The notes under the pieces were generated by a model. It did not search any database. It had not been told where the DNA came from and was given only the letters and a program-made list of their open reading frames with translations. From Fidelibacterota bacterium (lineage in GTDB: Bacteria; Fidelibacterota; Marinisomatia; Marinisomatales; S15-B10): a DNA stretch of 35,610 nucleotides. The stretch covers positions 1-35,610 of the forward strand of contig JBHIAI010000008.1 in assembly GCA_046861655.1 (NCBI GenBank). Direction: 5' to 3'. Positions 1 through 8,528 of the stretch are shown piece by piece; positions within the stretch are counted from its first letter, which is position 1; each line of letters starts with the position of its first letter. The position numbers and the translations under genes were made by a program.

Positions 1-140
1 TATCTTCTGTCATGGCCCCACGGCCCTCGACTTCCTTGGTTTGATTTATTCATCAACCACACTTGCCTCATTGGGCGGGGAACAGAAACCGCGGACAAAA
101 AATGGGGTTTCTTCTTCGCATCACGAATTATGAATCATGT

Positions 141-239
141 TTCGTCCCTTCGTCAAGCTCAGGGCAGGCAAGCTCGGCATGACAGAGGGGAATCACCCTG
201 AGCCCCTTCCTGTTACCCTGAGCCTGTCGAAGGGTGACA
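141..239. repeat. REP-like palindromic cluster (CCCTTCG(A/T)CA(A/G)GCTCAGGG family)
   Basis: 146-164 CCCTTCGTCAAGCTCAGGG is the reverse complement of 216-234 CCCTGAGCCTGTCGAAGGG with 2 mismatches. 141-190 matches the reverse complement of 4161-4210 at 46/50. Confidence 0.85.
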
Positions 240-316
240 AGGGGGCATTGCCACGAATTGGGCATACCGCTTTTCAATCATCAATTCTCCGTGTCCTCTG
301 TGGTAAGAAACTCATC

Positions 317-1093
317 TTAACTCCCGCGGAATTCGGGTGTCCTCTTTTCCAGGAAGGCCCGGATGCCTTCCTCCTTATCCCGGGTGGCGAAGGCGGCACC
401 GAAGAGGTCAGCCTCGTATTCGAGACCCTGGTGCAGAGGGGTGTCAAGACCGCGGCGGATAGCCTCGAGAGAAAGCCGCACCGCTTCCGGTCCCCGTTTC
501 AGAATGGACTCCCCGATCTTGAGAGCGGTGGGCATCACATCCTGGGGTGGAACCACCTCATTTACCAGTCCGATTCTCAGGGCGTCCCGGGCGCTCATGA
601 GTTCACCGGTGGTGATCATTTCGATGGCCTTTCCGGGCCCCACCACCCGGGGCAGCCGTTGGGTCCCTCCCCAGCCCGGTATGATGCCCAGATTTACCTC
701 AGGCTGACCGAAACGGGCTTTCTCTGAGGCGATCCGGATGTGACAGGCCAGAGCTACTTCACACCCTCCGCCCAATGCATACCCGTTGATGGCTGCGATG
801 ACGGGCCTCGGAAAAGATTCAATCACCAGGGTCAGGTCCTGGCCTTTCCGGGCAAACTCCACAGCCCCGTGTGAATCCAGGGGAAGCATTTCCTGGACGT
901 CCGCACCCGCTATGAAAGCCTTCTGACCCTCTCCGGTCAGGATCACCACTCCCACGCCGCTCTTCGAGCGGAACTGAAGGAAGGCGTTTCTTAACGCTTC
1001 CACCGTGTCCGAATCAAGGGCATTCATGGCGTCGGGCCTGTTCACGGTGATAATTCCGCAGCCGTCGGAAATCTTCGTGATGACTGATGGCAT
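317..1093 (-). CDS. Enoyl-CoA hydratase / crotonase family protein
   Basis: AFIAGAD, GYALGGGCE and FGQPEVNLGIIPGWGGTQRL motifs; GGAGG SD before the ATG. Confidence 0.95.
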   Translation of the reverse strand: MPSVITKISDGCGIITVNRPDAMNALDSDTVEALRNAFLQFRSKSGVGVVILTGEGQKAFIAGADVQEMLPLDSHGAVEFARKGQDLTLVIESFPRPVIAAINGYALGGGCEVALACHIRIASEKARFGQPEVNLGIIPGWGGTQRLPRVVGPGKAIEMITTGELMSARDALRIGLVNEVVPPQDVMPTALKIGESILKRGPEAVRLSLEAIRRGLDTPLHQGLEYEADLFGAAFATRDKEEGIRAFLEKRTPEFRGS

Positions 1094-1105
1094 GGATTCT
1101 CCCTC

Positions 1106-2578
1106 CTACCGTTTCCAGAAACTTCGACTCAGGACAACCATGACGGTGAAGATTTCCAACCTTCCCAGGAGCATGCAGAAGGACAAGAGCCATTTCGCCA
1201 GACCGGGAAGGAGGGCATAGTTGGATGCAGGACCCACGGAGCCCAGGCCGGGACCGATATTGCCTAAGGAAGCTGCCGTCGCCCCGAATGCGCTCACCAG
1301 ATCCAGGCCCAACGCAGTGAGGACGACCGACACCGTCACAAACGTAGAGACATAAAACAGGATGAACCCCAGAGTCTTTCGAACAATATCTTCCCCGACG
1401 CTTCTGTGTCTGATTCTCAGAGGAATCACCGCTGTGGGATGCAACAATCGTTTGATTTCGGAAACGGAATATTTGATCATCACCAGAACCCGGGCAACTT
1501 TCATACCCCCTCCAGTTGACCCGGCACACCCGCCGAAAAACATCAGCAAAAGCATAACAATCTGGGCGAAGGATCCCCAGAGAAGATAATCGGCTGTCCC
1601 GTATCCCGTGGTGGTCATGATCGACACCACCTGGAAAAGGGAATCCCGGAAGATTCCATGGTGAAAAATTCCTGCCTTTGCGGCGTTATTCACCATGATG
1701 GAGGCGGAAAAAACGGCGATGAGACCCACGTAGAACCTGAATTCCCCGTCTCTGAAGTAACCCTTTATGTTGCCGGTAAGGGCCCGCCAGTGGAGACTGA
1801 AGTTTACCCCAGCTAAGAACATGAAGAACACAAACGTGTATTGCACAAAGGGGTGGGTAAAGTGTCCGATGCTGGCATTCTTCGTTGAGAAACCTCCAGT
1901 GGCCATGGTCGTAAACGTGTGACACATGGAGTCAAACAGGGACAGCCCTCCCGCCAGCAGAAGGGCCGTTTCCGCCAGACTGATGCCGAAATAGACCAGC
2001 CACAGCGTTTTTGCCGTCTCCCGGACTCGAGGTTTGATCTTATCTGCCATCATGCCAGGCACTTCCGCTTTGAAGAGCTGAACTCCCCCAACCCCTAATA
2101 GCGGCAGGATAGCAATGGAAAAGACAATGATGCCCATTCCCCCGATCCACTGGATAAAGCTCCTCCAGAAAAGAACACCGTGGGGCATGCTCTCGATTCC
2201 CCTTGAAAGGTGGGGCAGGGTCCGAGAGTCCCCGATGATCGTGGCTCCCGTGGTGGTCACCCCGGACATGGATTCAAAGAAAGCGTCGGTCACATTGGGG
2301 ATGGTTCCGGTCAAGAGAAAGGGGAGTGATCCAAAGGTTGCCACCGCCAGCCAGGCGAAGGTGACCACGGCAAACCCATCCTTGATGCTCAGCTGGACTG
2401 GTCCCCGGGTGAAATACCACACTGGAAGGGCGATCATCAGGGTGACGGCGGAAGAGAGAAGGATCCCGTCCAGGTCGGGGTCTCCGTACACCCACGACCA
2501 GACCGCTGCCAGCAGCATGGTCAACGCCAGGATAGAGATGAGGGCACCTAGAACATTGAGGATGCTGCGTGGGTGCAT
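1106..2578 (-). CDS. trkH: Trk potassium uptake membrane protein TrkH
   Basis: Multi-TM protein with pore-loop motifs FESMSGVTTTG, TMATGGFS, SIMTTTGY and SLGNIGPG; GSTGGGMK. Confidence 0.96.
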   Translation of the reverse strand: MHPRSILNVLGALISILALTMLLAAVWSWVYGDPDLDGILLSSAVTLMIALPVWYFTRGPVQLSIKDGFAVVTFAWLAVATFGSLPFLLTGTIPNVTDAFFESMSGVTTTGATIIGDSRTLPHLSRGIESMPHGVLFWRSFIQWIGGMGIIVFSIAILPLLGVGGVQLFKAEVPGMMADKIKPRVRETAKTLWLVYFGISLAETALLLAGGLSLFDSMCHTFTTMATGGFSTKNASIGHFTHPFVQYTFVFFMFLAGVNFSLHWRALTGNIKGYFRDGEFRFYVGLIAVFSASIMVNNAAKAGIFHHGIFRDSLFQVVSIMTTTGYGTADYLLWGSFAQIVMLLLMFFGGCAGSTGGGMKVARVLVMIKYSVSEIKRLLHPTAVIPLRIRHRSVGEDIVRKTLGFILFYVSTFVTVSVVLTALGLDLVSAFGATAASLGNIGPGLGSVGPASNYALLPGLAKWLLSFCMLLGRLEIFTVMVVLSRSFWKR

Positions 2579-2585
2579 GAATCTC

Positions 2586-2704
2586 AGGAGTGCAGGATTC
2601 GAAGAGAATCGAATTCAGAAGCGAATAGATGAGGTGATTTCACGCCGCGACTATGACCCCAATTGTCTCCGCTAAATCGATTCATGTTCGAATCCTGCAC
2701 TCCT
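2586..2704. mobile_element. MITE-like 119-bp element with perfect 18-bp terminal inverted repeats
   Basis: AGGAGTGCAGGATTCGAA (2586-2603) and TTCGAATCCTGCACTCCT (2687-2704); imperfect pairing continues inward. No clear target duplication. Confidence 0.55.
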
Positions 2705-4043
2705 ATGAAAAGAGCTTTTCCACCCTGGGAATGCTTTGGGGAAGAGCAAAGACGAGAACGGTATCTTCTTCAGAGATCTGGGTGTCTCCTGTGGGAATGA
2801 AAACATGGCCGTGGTGGTTGACGGCCCCGACAATGCAATTTTCGGGAAACTTGATATGGCTTAAGACCTCCCGGGTCACCCGGCTCCCCGGGGAGGGACT
2901 GAATTCAAGGGCTTCGACGTCGATGTCCTCAAAGTCGGTGATCACCACATGCCGGTCACTCTTGATCGTTTCAAGAATGGCCATCACCGTACACATATTC
3001 TTGCTGATGACCCCGTCGATCCCCATGAGTTTCAGAATGGGAATGTATTCTGCCGTAGCCACGTGAACCAGGACCTGTCTCGCTCCCAGATGTTTGACCA
3101 GAAGTCCGGACAGAAGATTGGTCTGTTCATTCTGGGTGACGGCGATAAAGCTGTCAAGTTCTTCAACGTTTTCACTCCTGAGAAACTCAATATCTGTCCC
3201 GTCCCCGGAAAGAATCAGAGTCTTCTCCAGCTCCGAGGCCAGACGCTGGGCTTTTTCCCGGTCTCCCTCGACCAGGCGGACATCGATCTTATCCTGAAGG
3301 CTTCGGGCCAGGGCACGGCCGATTTTCCCTCCCCCCAGGATCATAGCCTTTCGAGTCTCTTGATAGGGTTTTCCCATCATCCCCAACAGGTCGGGGACAC
3401 GTTCTTTCGTGACGAGAAAATAACAAATATCGTTCAGTTCGAACCGGGTCTCCCCGTGAGGAATAACGGTATCCCGGCCCCTCATGACCGCCACGGCGCT
3501 AAAATGGAAATCGGAATGTTCCCGACGAATCTCTCCCAGGTCTTTCCCGATGACCGGGCAGCCGTTATCGAGCCGGATACCCATGAGCTGAAGCCGTCCC
3601 CCTTCGAACTCCACAACACTGGACGCCGCGGTCTGCATGACCAACCGTATGATCTCACGGGTGGCGGCCAGTTCCGGATGGATAACCTTTTCAATCCCGA
3701 ACTTTTCAGGATGAAGGATGCTGTCCCGCCCAGTATATTCCGTGTTTCGCAGCCGGGCGATAATCTTGGGGGCACCCAGTTGATGAGCCAGCTGGGAAGC
3801 GATGAGGTTAACCTCGTCCACCCGGGTTACCGCCACCACGATGTCCGCGTTCTGAACATCGGCCTCTCTCAAGACCCTGGGACTGGCGCCGTCGCCGTGA
3901 ACCACGATAACATCCAGCGTTTCAGACGCCCTCTGAACCTTTTCCAGGGCGATGTCAATGAGGGTAATATCGTAATTCTCTTCGCTCAAACCCTTGGCAA
4001 GGTGGAACCCAACCTCGCCCGCACCGATGATAACAATTTTCAT
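2703..4043 (-). CDS. trkA: Trk potassium uptake regulatory subunit TrkA (two RCK repeats)
   Basis: GAGEVG and GGGKIG Rossmann motifs; 446 aa; adjacent to trkH. Confidence 0.96.
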   Translation of the reverse strand: MKIVIIGAGEVGFHLAKGLSEENYDITLIDIALEKVQRASETLDVIVVHGDGASPRVLREADVQNADIVVAVTRVDEVNLIASQLAHQLGAPKIIARLRNTEYTGRDSILHPEKFGIEKVIHPELAATREIIRLVMQTAASSVVEFEGGRLQLMGIRLDNGCPVIGKDLGEIRREHSDFHFSAVAVMRGRDTVIPHGETRFELNDICYFLVTKERVPDLLGMMGKPYQETRKAMILGGGKIGRALARSLQDKIDVRLVEGDREKAQRLASELEKTLILSGDGTDIEFLRSENVEELDSFIAVTQNEQTNLLSGLLVKHLGARQVLVHVATAEYIPILKLMGIDGVISKNMCTVMAILETIKSDRHVVITDFEDIDVEALEFSPSPGSRVTREVLSHIKFPENCIVGAVNHHGHVFIPTGDTQISEEDTVLVFALPQSIPRVEKLFS

Positions 4044-4087
4044 GACCTACACTCTTTCCTCGTGACCTGTGGGCACGATTCGCATGG

Positions 4088-4150
4088 CGTAATGCGTAAT
4101 TCGTGATGCGTAACGCCTAATCCGTGATGCGTAACGCCTAATCCGTGATT
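4088..4150. repeat. Tandem heptamer array, 9 units (CGT(A/G)ATN type)
   Basis: cgtaatg cgtaatt cgtgatg cgtaacg cctaatc cgtgatg cgtaacg cctaatc cgtgatt; contains an exact 21-bp duplication. Confidence 0.9.
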
Positions 4151-4160
4151 CACAAAAACG

Positions 4161-4223
4161 CCCCCCTGTCATGCTGAGCTTGCGTGTCCTGAGCTTGACG
4201 AAGGGACGAAGCCTGCCGAAGGG
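4161..4223. repeat. Second, inverted copy of the REP-like element
   Basis: Reverse complement of 4161-4210 equals 141-190 at 46/50; an extra partial unit GCCTGCCGAAGGG follows at 4211-4223. Confidence 0.85.
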
Positions 4224-4304
4224 TCGGAGCGTGACGTGCAATGCGGTAGGCATGAGGGGGAAGGAAATCTTGCGGTATGTGCGCACAAACAACGCCCAGG
4301 AAAG

Positions 4305-5054
4305 CTACCTGAGCAGAACCATTTTCATGGTATGGTAGTTGGCTCCCACCTTCAGAGAGCAGACGTATTCTCCCGGTGAGACCGGGTCCCCCGATTCATC
4401 CCTTCCATCCCAGGTTACCTCGTGGGTGCCGGCCGGGAGGACGCCGTTTTTCAGCACCCGTACTCTCTCACCAAGAACCGTATAGGCCGCCAGGTGGATC
4501 ACCGCGTCCTCCGGCAGATCGAATCGGATCACCGTTTTGTGATTGAATGGATTGGGAAAGTTCTGGGACATCTGGAATCTGTCGGGCAGAGGAGGCAGAA
4601 TGTGAATGGTTCCCCCGGCCACTTTGACACGAATCTCTTTCCCCTCAGGGGTGGAGGCCACAAAATCCTTTACGATGAGATTCACGGTTCCTTTGAATTC
4701 ATCCCTGCGGGAGAGGGGAATGCTCAATACAGGGGTGGAGAGGTCCAGTTCTCTCCCCTCTTCGCTGAACGCCACGATCTTCATCCAGGCGGAATCCCCG
4801 CTGGAAAAAAGAGAAAAATGCCTGTTGCTGGGGGAGAATTCCGGCTTGCCCAGGAGAATTTTTTCGGGATCGTATTCCACCTGAAACTGAAGACCGGCTA
4901 TTCGTTCAGGAGAATGGATGCTCATTTCGATACGTTCTCCCTCGGTAGCGGGCAGAACGACGTCGGAGAATTCCGCCCTGGCCTGAGGCGAATTCCCGGA
5001 GGTTCCGGAAGGAATCAAGAGGGGAAGGAAAAAGGTCAGCAGTACGGGAAGCAT
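4305..5054 (-). CDS. Secreted protein: cohesin-like domain plus FlgD-Ig / T9SS-type C-terminal domain
   Basis: Hydrophobic N-terminus; IAGLQFQVEYDP cohesin-like motif; QNFPNPFN...WDGRDESG...KMVLLR C-terminal domain. Confidence 0.75.
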   Translation of the reverse strand: MLPVLLTFFLPLLIPSGTSGNSPQARAEFSDVVLPATEGERIEMSIHSPERIAGLQFQVEYDPEKILLGKPEFSPSNRHFSLFSSGDSAWMKIVAFSEEGRELDLSTPVLSIPLSRRDEFKGTVNLIVKDFVASTPEGKEIRVKVAGGTIHILPPLPDRFQMSQNFPNPFNHKTVIRFDLPEDAVIHLAAYTVLGERVRVLKNGVLPAGTHEVTWDGRDESGDPVSPGEYVCSLKVGANYHTMKMVLLR

Positions 5055-5103
5055 GGGACCACCTGATTATCGCGGGCGAAACTACACATAATCTGAGTCT
5101 AAG

Positions 5104-5766
5104 TCAATTCGTTGGTTCATGTCGATTGTCGTCCCAGGCGGGATTCTGGCATCGCGACTCCACTGCGGCAATGAGTTCATCCCTGCGGGGGGATTCGACC
5201 AAGAAATCAAAATCGTCTGTTTCCACGGTCAGAACAGGGAACTGTCCCGATGCCCTGTGGATCCATCTGTCGTAGGCCACATTCAGCCGGTGCAGATACT
5301 CCGGTGAGATACGGCGCTCGTATTCCCGTCCCCGCTTCCGGACCCGGGTCATGAGGGTATCGGTGGACGCTTTCAGATAGACAATGAGGGCTGGACTCGA
5401 CAAATACGAGGTCATTTCCTTGAACAGGGTCCTGTAATTATTCCAGTCCCGTTCGGTCATGGCTCCTCCCTCAAACAGGGACCGGGCAAATATCTCCACA
5501 TCCTCATAGATGGTCCGATCCTGGACAGCCGGCCGGTTCCCCCTGGCCATCTCACGCTGAGTCTGAAATCGACGGGAGAGGAAATAGATCTGAAGATGGA
5601 AACTCCACTTTTTCATATCGGCGTAAAAGTCTTGAAGGTAGGGGTTGTCATCCACCGATTCGTAGAAGGCCCGCCAGCCGAGACGCGAGGAAAGGATTCG
5701 GGTCAATGTGGTCTTGCCCACGGCGATGTTCCCGGCAATGCCCACAAACGGGACTTGCCTCAACAT
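5104..5766 (-). CDS. Deoxynucleoside kinase (dCK/dGK family)
   Basis: P-loop AGNIAVGKTT, LQIYFL, DRTIYED, RGREYE. Start moved to the ATG at 5766, just after the rmlA stop. Confidence 0.92.
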   Translation of the reverse strand: MLRQVPFVGIAGNIAVGKTTLTRILSSRLGWRAFYESVDDNPYLQDFYADMKKWSFHLQIYFLSRRFQTQREMARGNRPAVQDRTIYEDVEIFARSLFEGGAMTERDWNNYRTLFKEMTSYLSSPALIVYLKASTDTLMTRVRKRGREYERRISPEYLHRLNVAYDRWIHRASGQFPVLTVETDDFDFLVESPRRDELIAAVESRCQNPAWDDNRHEPTN

Positions 5767-5782
5767 ATCCCCTTTCAAGCCT

Positions 5783-6847
5783 CTACCATAATTCGATGCG
5801 GCTCTGATCCCCCACACTCAACCGGTGAGTCTTGGGCTTGGCATCTGACCGCGTGATCCGGACATCATGACCCAGAAGGGAGGCTTCGATCCTCACGTCC
5901 ACATTGTGGACCCTGGAGTTGTCCATGACGATGGAATACTCAATCTCACTGCCCACGATCTCACATCCGTCGGCAATAGAGGTGTAAGGACCGATAAAGG
6001 CCCTTTCCACCCGGACATTTTCACCGATCATGACAGGGCCCCGGATCGAGCTGTCCACCACCCGGCTTCCTTTTCCCACACGGACCCGGCCCCTCAAGGT
6101 CGATGCCTGATCCACTTCCCCCCTCACACGACCTTTCATACTGTCCAGAACCAGACGGTTGGCCTCAAGCAGATCGGATGCCTTTCCTGTGTCCTTCCAC
6201 CACCCGGTAATCTCCGAGTAGGTTACTCTGTGACGGCGATCCAGAAGATACTGGTGGGCATCGGAGATCTCCAGTTCCCCCCGGTCGGAAGGATTGATAT
6301 GATTCACGGCCTCGAATATGTGGTGGTCGTACAGATAGATCCCCGTTACGGCGAAGTTGCTCTTAGGCTTTGAGGGCTTCTCTTCAATGGAGACGATTTT
6401 TCCATCCACAATCTCCGGAACGCCAAACCGCTGAGGATCGGGCACCTGACTCAAAACCAGATGGCAGTTGGAACTATTCTTCTCAAACTCCTCAATGAAA
6501 TTCCTTATGCCTCCTACCAGAATATTGTCCCCCAGGTAGAAAACGAATTTGTCTTCCCCAACGAAGGGCTCCGAGATCTTGACCACATGGGCCAGTCCCA
6601 GGGGTGTTTCCTGCTCAATGTATGTGATCTTAAGTCCCAACTCCTGGCCATCCCCGAAGACCCCCTCGATTTCCCTGTCCCCCCTGTTTACGACCACACC
6701 CACCTCTATGATTCCTGCGTCCTTCACGTACTCCAGGGCATAACGCAGCATGGGTTTATTCGCTATGGGGATCAGATGCTTGTTCTTGGTATGAGTAATG
6801 GGCCTCAGTCGTGTCCCGTGGCCACCGGCCGTCACCACCGCTTTCAC
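5783..6847 (-). CDS. rmlA: Glucose-1-phosphate thymidylyltransferase, long form
   Basis: AGGHGTRLRPIT, EKP, RGELEISD and WWKDTG motifs; C-terminal hexapeptide-repeat region. Confidence 0.9.
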   Translation of the reverse strand: MKAVVTAGGHGTRLRPITHTKNKHLIPIANKPMLRYALEYVKDAGIIEVGVVVNRGDREIEGVFGDGQELGLKITYIEQETPLGLAHVVKISEPFVGEDKFVFYLGDNILVGGIRNFIEEFEKNSSNCHLVLSQVPDPQRFGVPEIVDGKIVSIEEKPSKPKSNFAVTGIYLYDHHIFEAVNHINPSDRGELEISDAHQYLLDRRHRVTYSEITGWWKDTGKASDLLEANRLVLDSMKGRVRGEVDQASTLRGRVRVGKGSRVVDSSIRGPVMIGENVRVERAFIGPYTSIADGCEIVGSEIEYSIVMDNSRVHNVDVRIEASLLGHDVRITRSDAKPKTHRLSVGDQSRIELW

Positions 6848-6899
6848 AATGTTTCCCCCCTTGCTTGAGAATCCCGACGACTCTTGTCGTGAAAGTCCT

Positions 6900-7462
6900 C
6901 TATTGGGACTGTTTCAATGCCTGCTTGCTTAAGATGTCAGCCTTCCTGTTATCCCCCCGGGACACATGGCGAATTTCCCACGTCTCGAACCGATCCAACA
7001 GGGTTTTCGATCTAAAGTAAAGCTTTATAAGGCGTTCGTTTTTTACCCTATATTCGAGAGTTAACTGTTTAACAAGAAGTTCGCTATCGCTGTAAACAGC
7101 CAGGGGTCCGGTGCTCACGTTCCTGGCCTTTTCCAAACCCGAAATAAGAGCCCGGTATTCGGCTTCGTTGTTGGTAGCCTTCCCGATATTCTCCGAAAGG
7201 TGAAGAGTTCCTTCCCCTTCTTTGCCCCTTTTCCGGTTTCATAAATCACCCCGCCTATTCCCGCCATTCCGGTTGCGGGATCGGAGGCACCGTCCACGTA
7301 AAGGATGAGTCCGTCCGATGCCTGGGACGAACCCGTTATCCTGGCGTACAGCGTCTCCCATTCAGAGGGGGTTGTGTCCGGGAACATCTCCACCAGCTTC
7401 GTCACCGATTCAGGAGAAAACAGCTGACGAAGAAGGTTTTTTTCCCGTGAGGTCAAGGCCAT
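6900..7462 (-). pseudogene. Ribonuclease HI family gene split by a -1 frameshift near 7196-7198
   Basis: YVDGAS lies in ORF 7115-7462. ENIGKATNNEAEY, SDSEL and NRKAD lie in the frame ending at 6900. One extra T (ACC TTT TCG GAG) fuses them. Confidence 0.85.
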
Positions 7463-8523
7463 TACGATTTCGATTCCGCGATGGCCGAGCAGACATAGTC
7501 CGCCACTTCACGGGTACCCATACTGCCCCCCAGGTCCCGGGTAACCCAGCCACTTCGCAGCGCTTTTCTCAGGGCCTGGTCAATCTCCCGGGATGCTCGT
7601 TTTTTCCCCAGGAAATCCATCAGGTCCTGGACACACAGCATGGCCGCCATGGGATTGGCGTAATCTTTTCCGGCATACTTTGTGGACGAAGAGTGAAGGG
7701 GACGAAACAGACCTACCTGGCCCGGATGAAGATTTGACGATGCCACCAGTCCTGGGCCTCCCTGGAGGGCTGTGCCCAGACTGGAAAGTATGGAACCCAG
7801 GAGGTGGTTGGTTACCAGAACGTCGAATTCCTCCGGATCGGTCACCAGCTGTTGGATCACCGTGTCCAGACCAGAACGGGTGGTGGCCACAGCGTCGTAT
7901 TCCTCCCCAACCTCCAGAAAAGTCTTGACCCAAAGATCCCTGCTGTGAACATATGCCCTCGATTTGTGGACTAAGGTGACCTTGGACCGGCGGTTCTCAA
8001 GGGCGTAGTCGAAAGCGAACCGAATCACCCGTTCCACTCGCCTCCGGATGTCTATCTCTTCTTCAACGACGATTTCATCCTCGGTCCCCTTGTCCACGGC
8101 CGTACCGGCACCGGCATGGATTCCTCCCATGGCCTCCCAGATGAGAACGAGATCGATGTTCTTTCCCGATGCATTGGCCAGAGGGAAAAAATCGTCGGAC
8201 AGGACCCGGATTCTTCGCAATCCTGCATACAGGTCAAGGTGCGTTATGAGACCGGAAATGATCTCCCTGGCGTGCCGATCCTGGGGAACCCTGGGGTCGC
8301 CGAATGGGCCCATGAGAATACCTTTGTATCCCCCTCTAAGTTCGTCTACGATTCCTTCAGGGAGAGCGAGGCCTGTCTCCAGGGTGTGGTCCGCCCCCAG
8401 ATCGAATTGGGCAGATTCCACATCAACACCGAATGTATCCCTGAGCGTATCCATCAGTTTGGACGCCTCGTCCATGACTTCCGGGCCCACTCCGTCCCCG
8501 GGTATGATCGCAATCCTGGTCAC
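7462..8523 (-). CDS. Isocitrate/isopropylmalate dehydrogenase family protein with degenerate active site
   Basis: IPGDGVGPEV, VHK, AGKDYANP and TRDLGG..GT motifs fix the family; several catalytic residues are substituted. Confidence 0.9.
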   Translation of the reverse strand: MTRIAIIPGDGVGPEVMDEASKLMDTLRDTFGVDVESAQFDLGADHTLETGLALPEGIVDELRGGYKGILMGPFGDPRVPQDRHAREIISGLITHLDLYAGLRRIRVLSDDFFPLANASGKNIDLVLIWEAMGGIHAGAGTAVDKGTEDEIVVEEEIDIRRRVERVIRFAFDYALENRRSKVTLVHKSRAYVHSRDLWVKTFLEVGEEYDAVATTRSGLDTVIQQLVTDPEEFDVLVTNHLLGSILSSLGTALQGGPGLVASSNLHPGQVGLFRPLHSSSTKYAGKDYANPMAAMLCVQDLMDFLGKKRASREIDQALRKALRSGWVTRDLGGSMGTREVADYVCSAIAESKS

Positions 8524-8528
8524 GATTC

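Noticed and set aside
1..53. Start of a further minus-strand gene (ATG at 13 or 53)
   Set aside because: Too little sequence to choose a frame or assign a product.
137..727. Plus-strand ORF beginning MFRPFVKLR, and minus ORF 4047-4292 sharing RPFVKLR
   Set aside because: The shared peptide is just translation of the REP-like repeat. The rest is antisense to the crotonase gene or runs through the heptamer array.
2586..2705. tRNA-like GTTCGAATCC motif with complementary ends
   Set aside because: No D-arm, anticodon arm or paired T-stem. The motif is part of the 18-bp terminal inverted repeat.
4088..4150. Possible CRISPR array
   Set aside because: Units are contiguous 7-mers and 21-mers without unique spacers, and there are no cas genes.
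4044..4304. c-di-AMP riboswitch upstream of trkA
   Set aside because: Conserved ydaO motifs are not recognisable and the region is explained by repeats.
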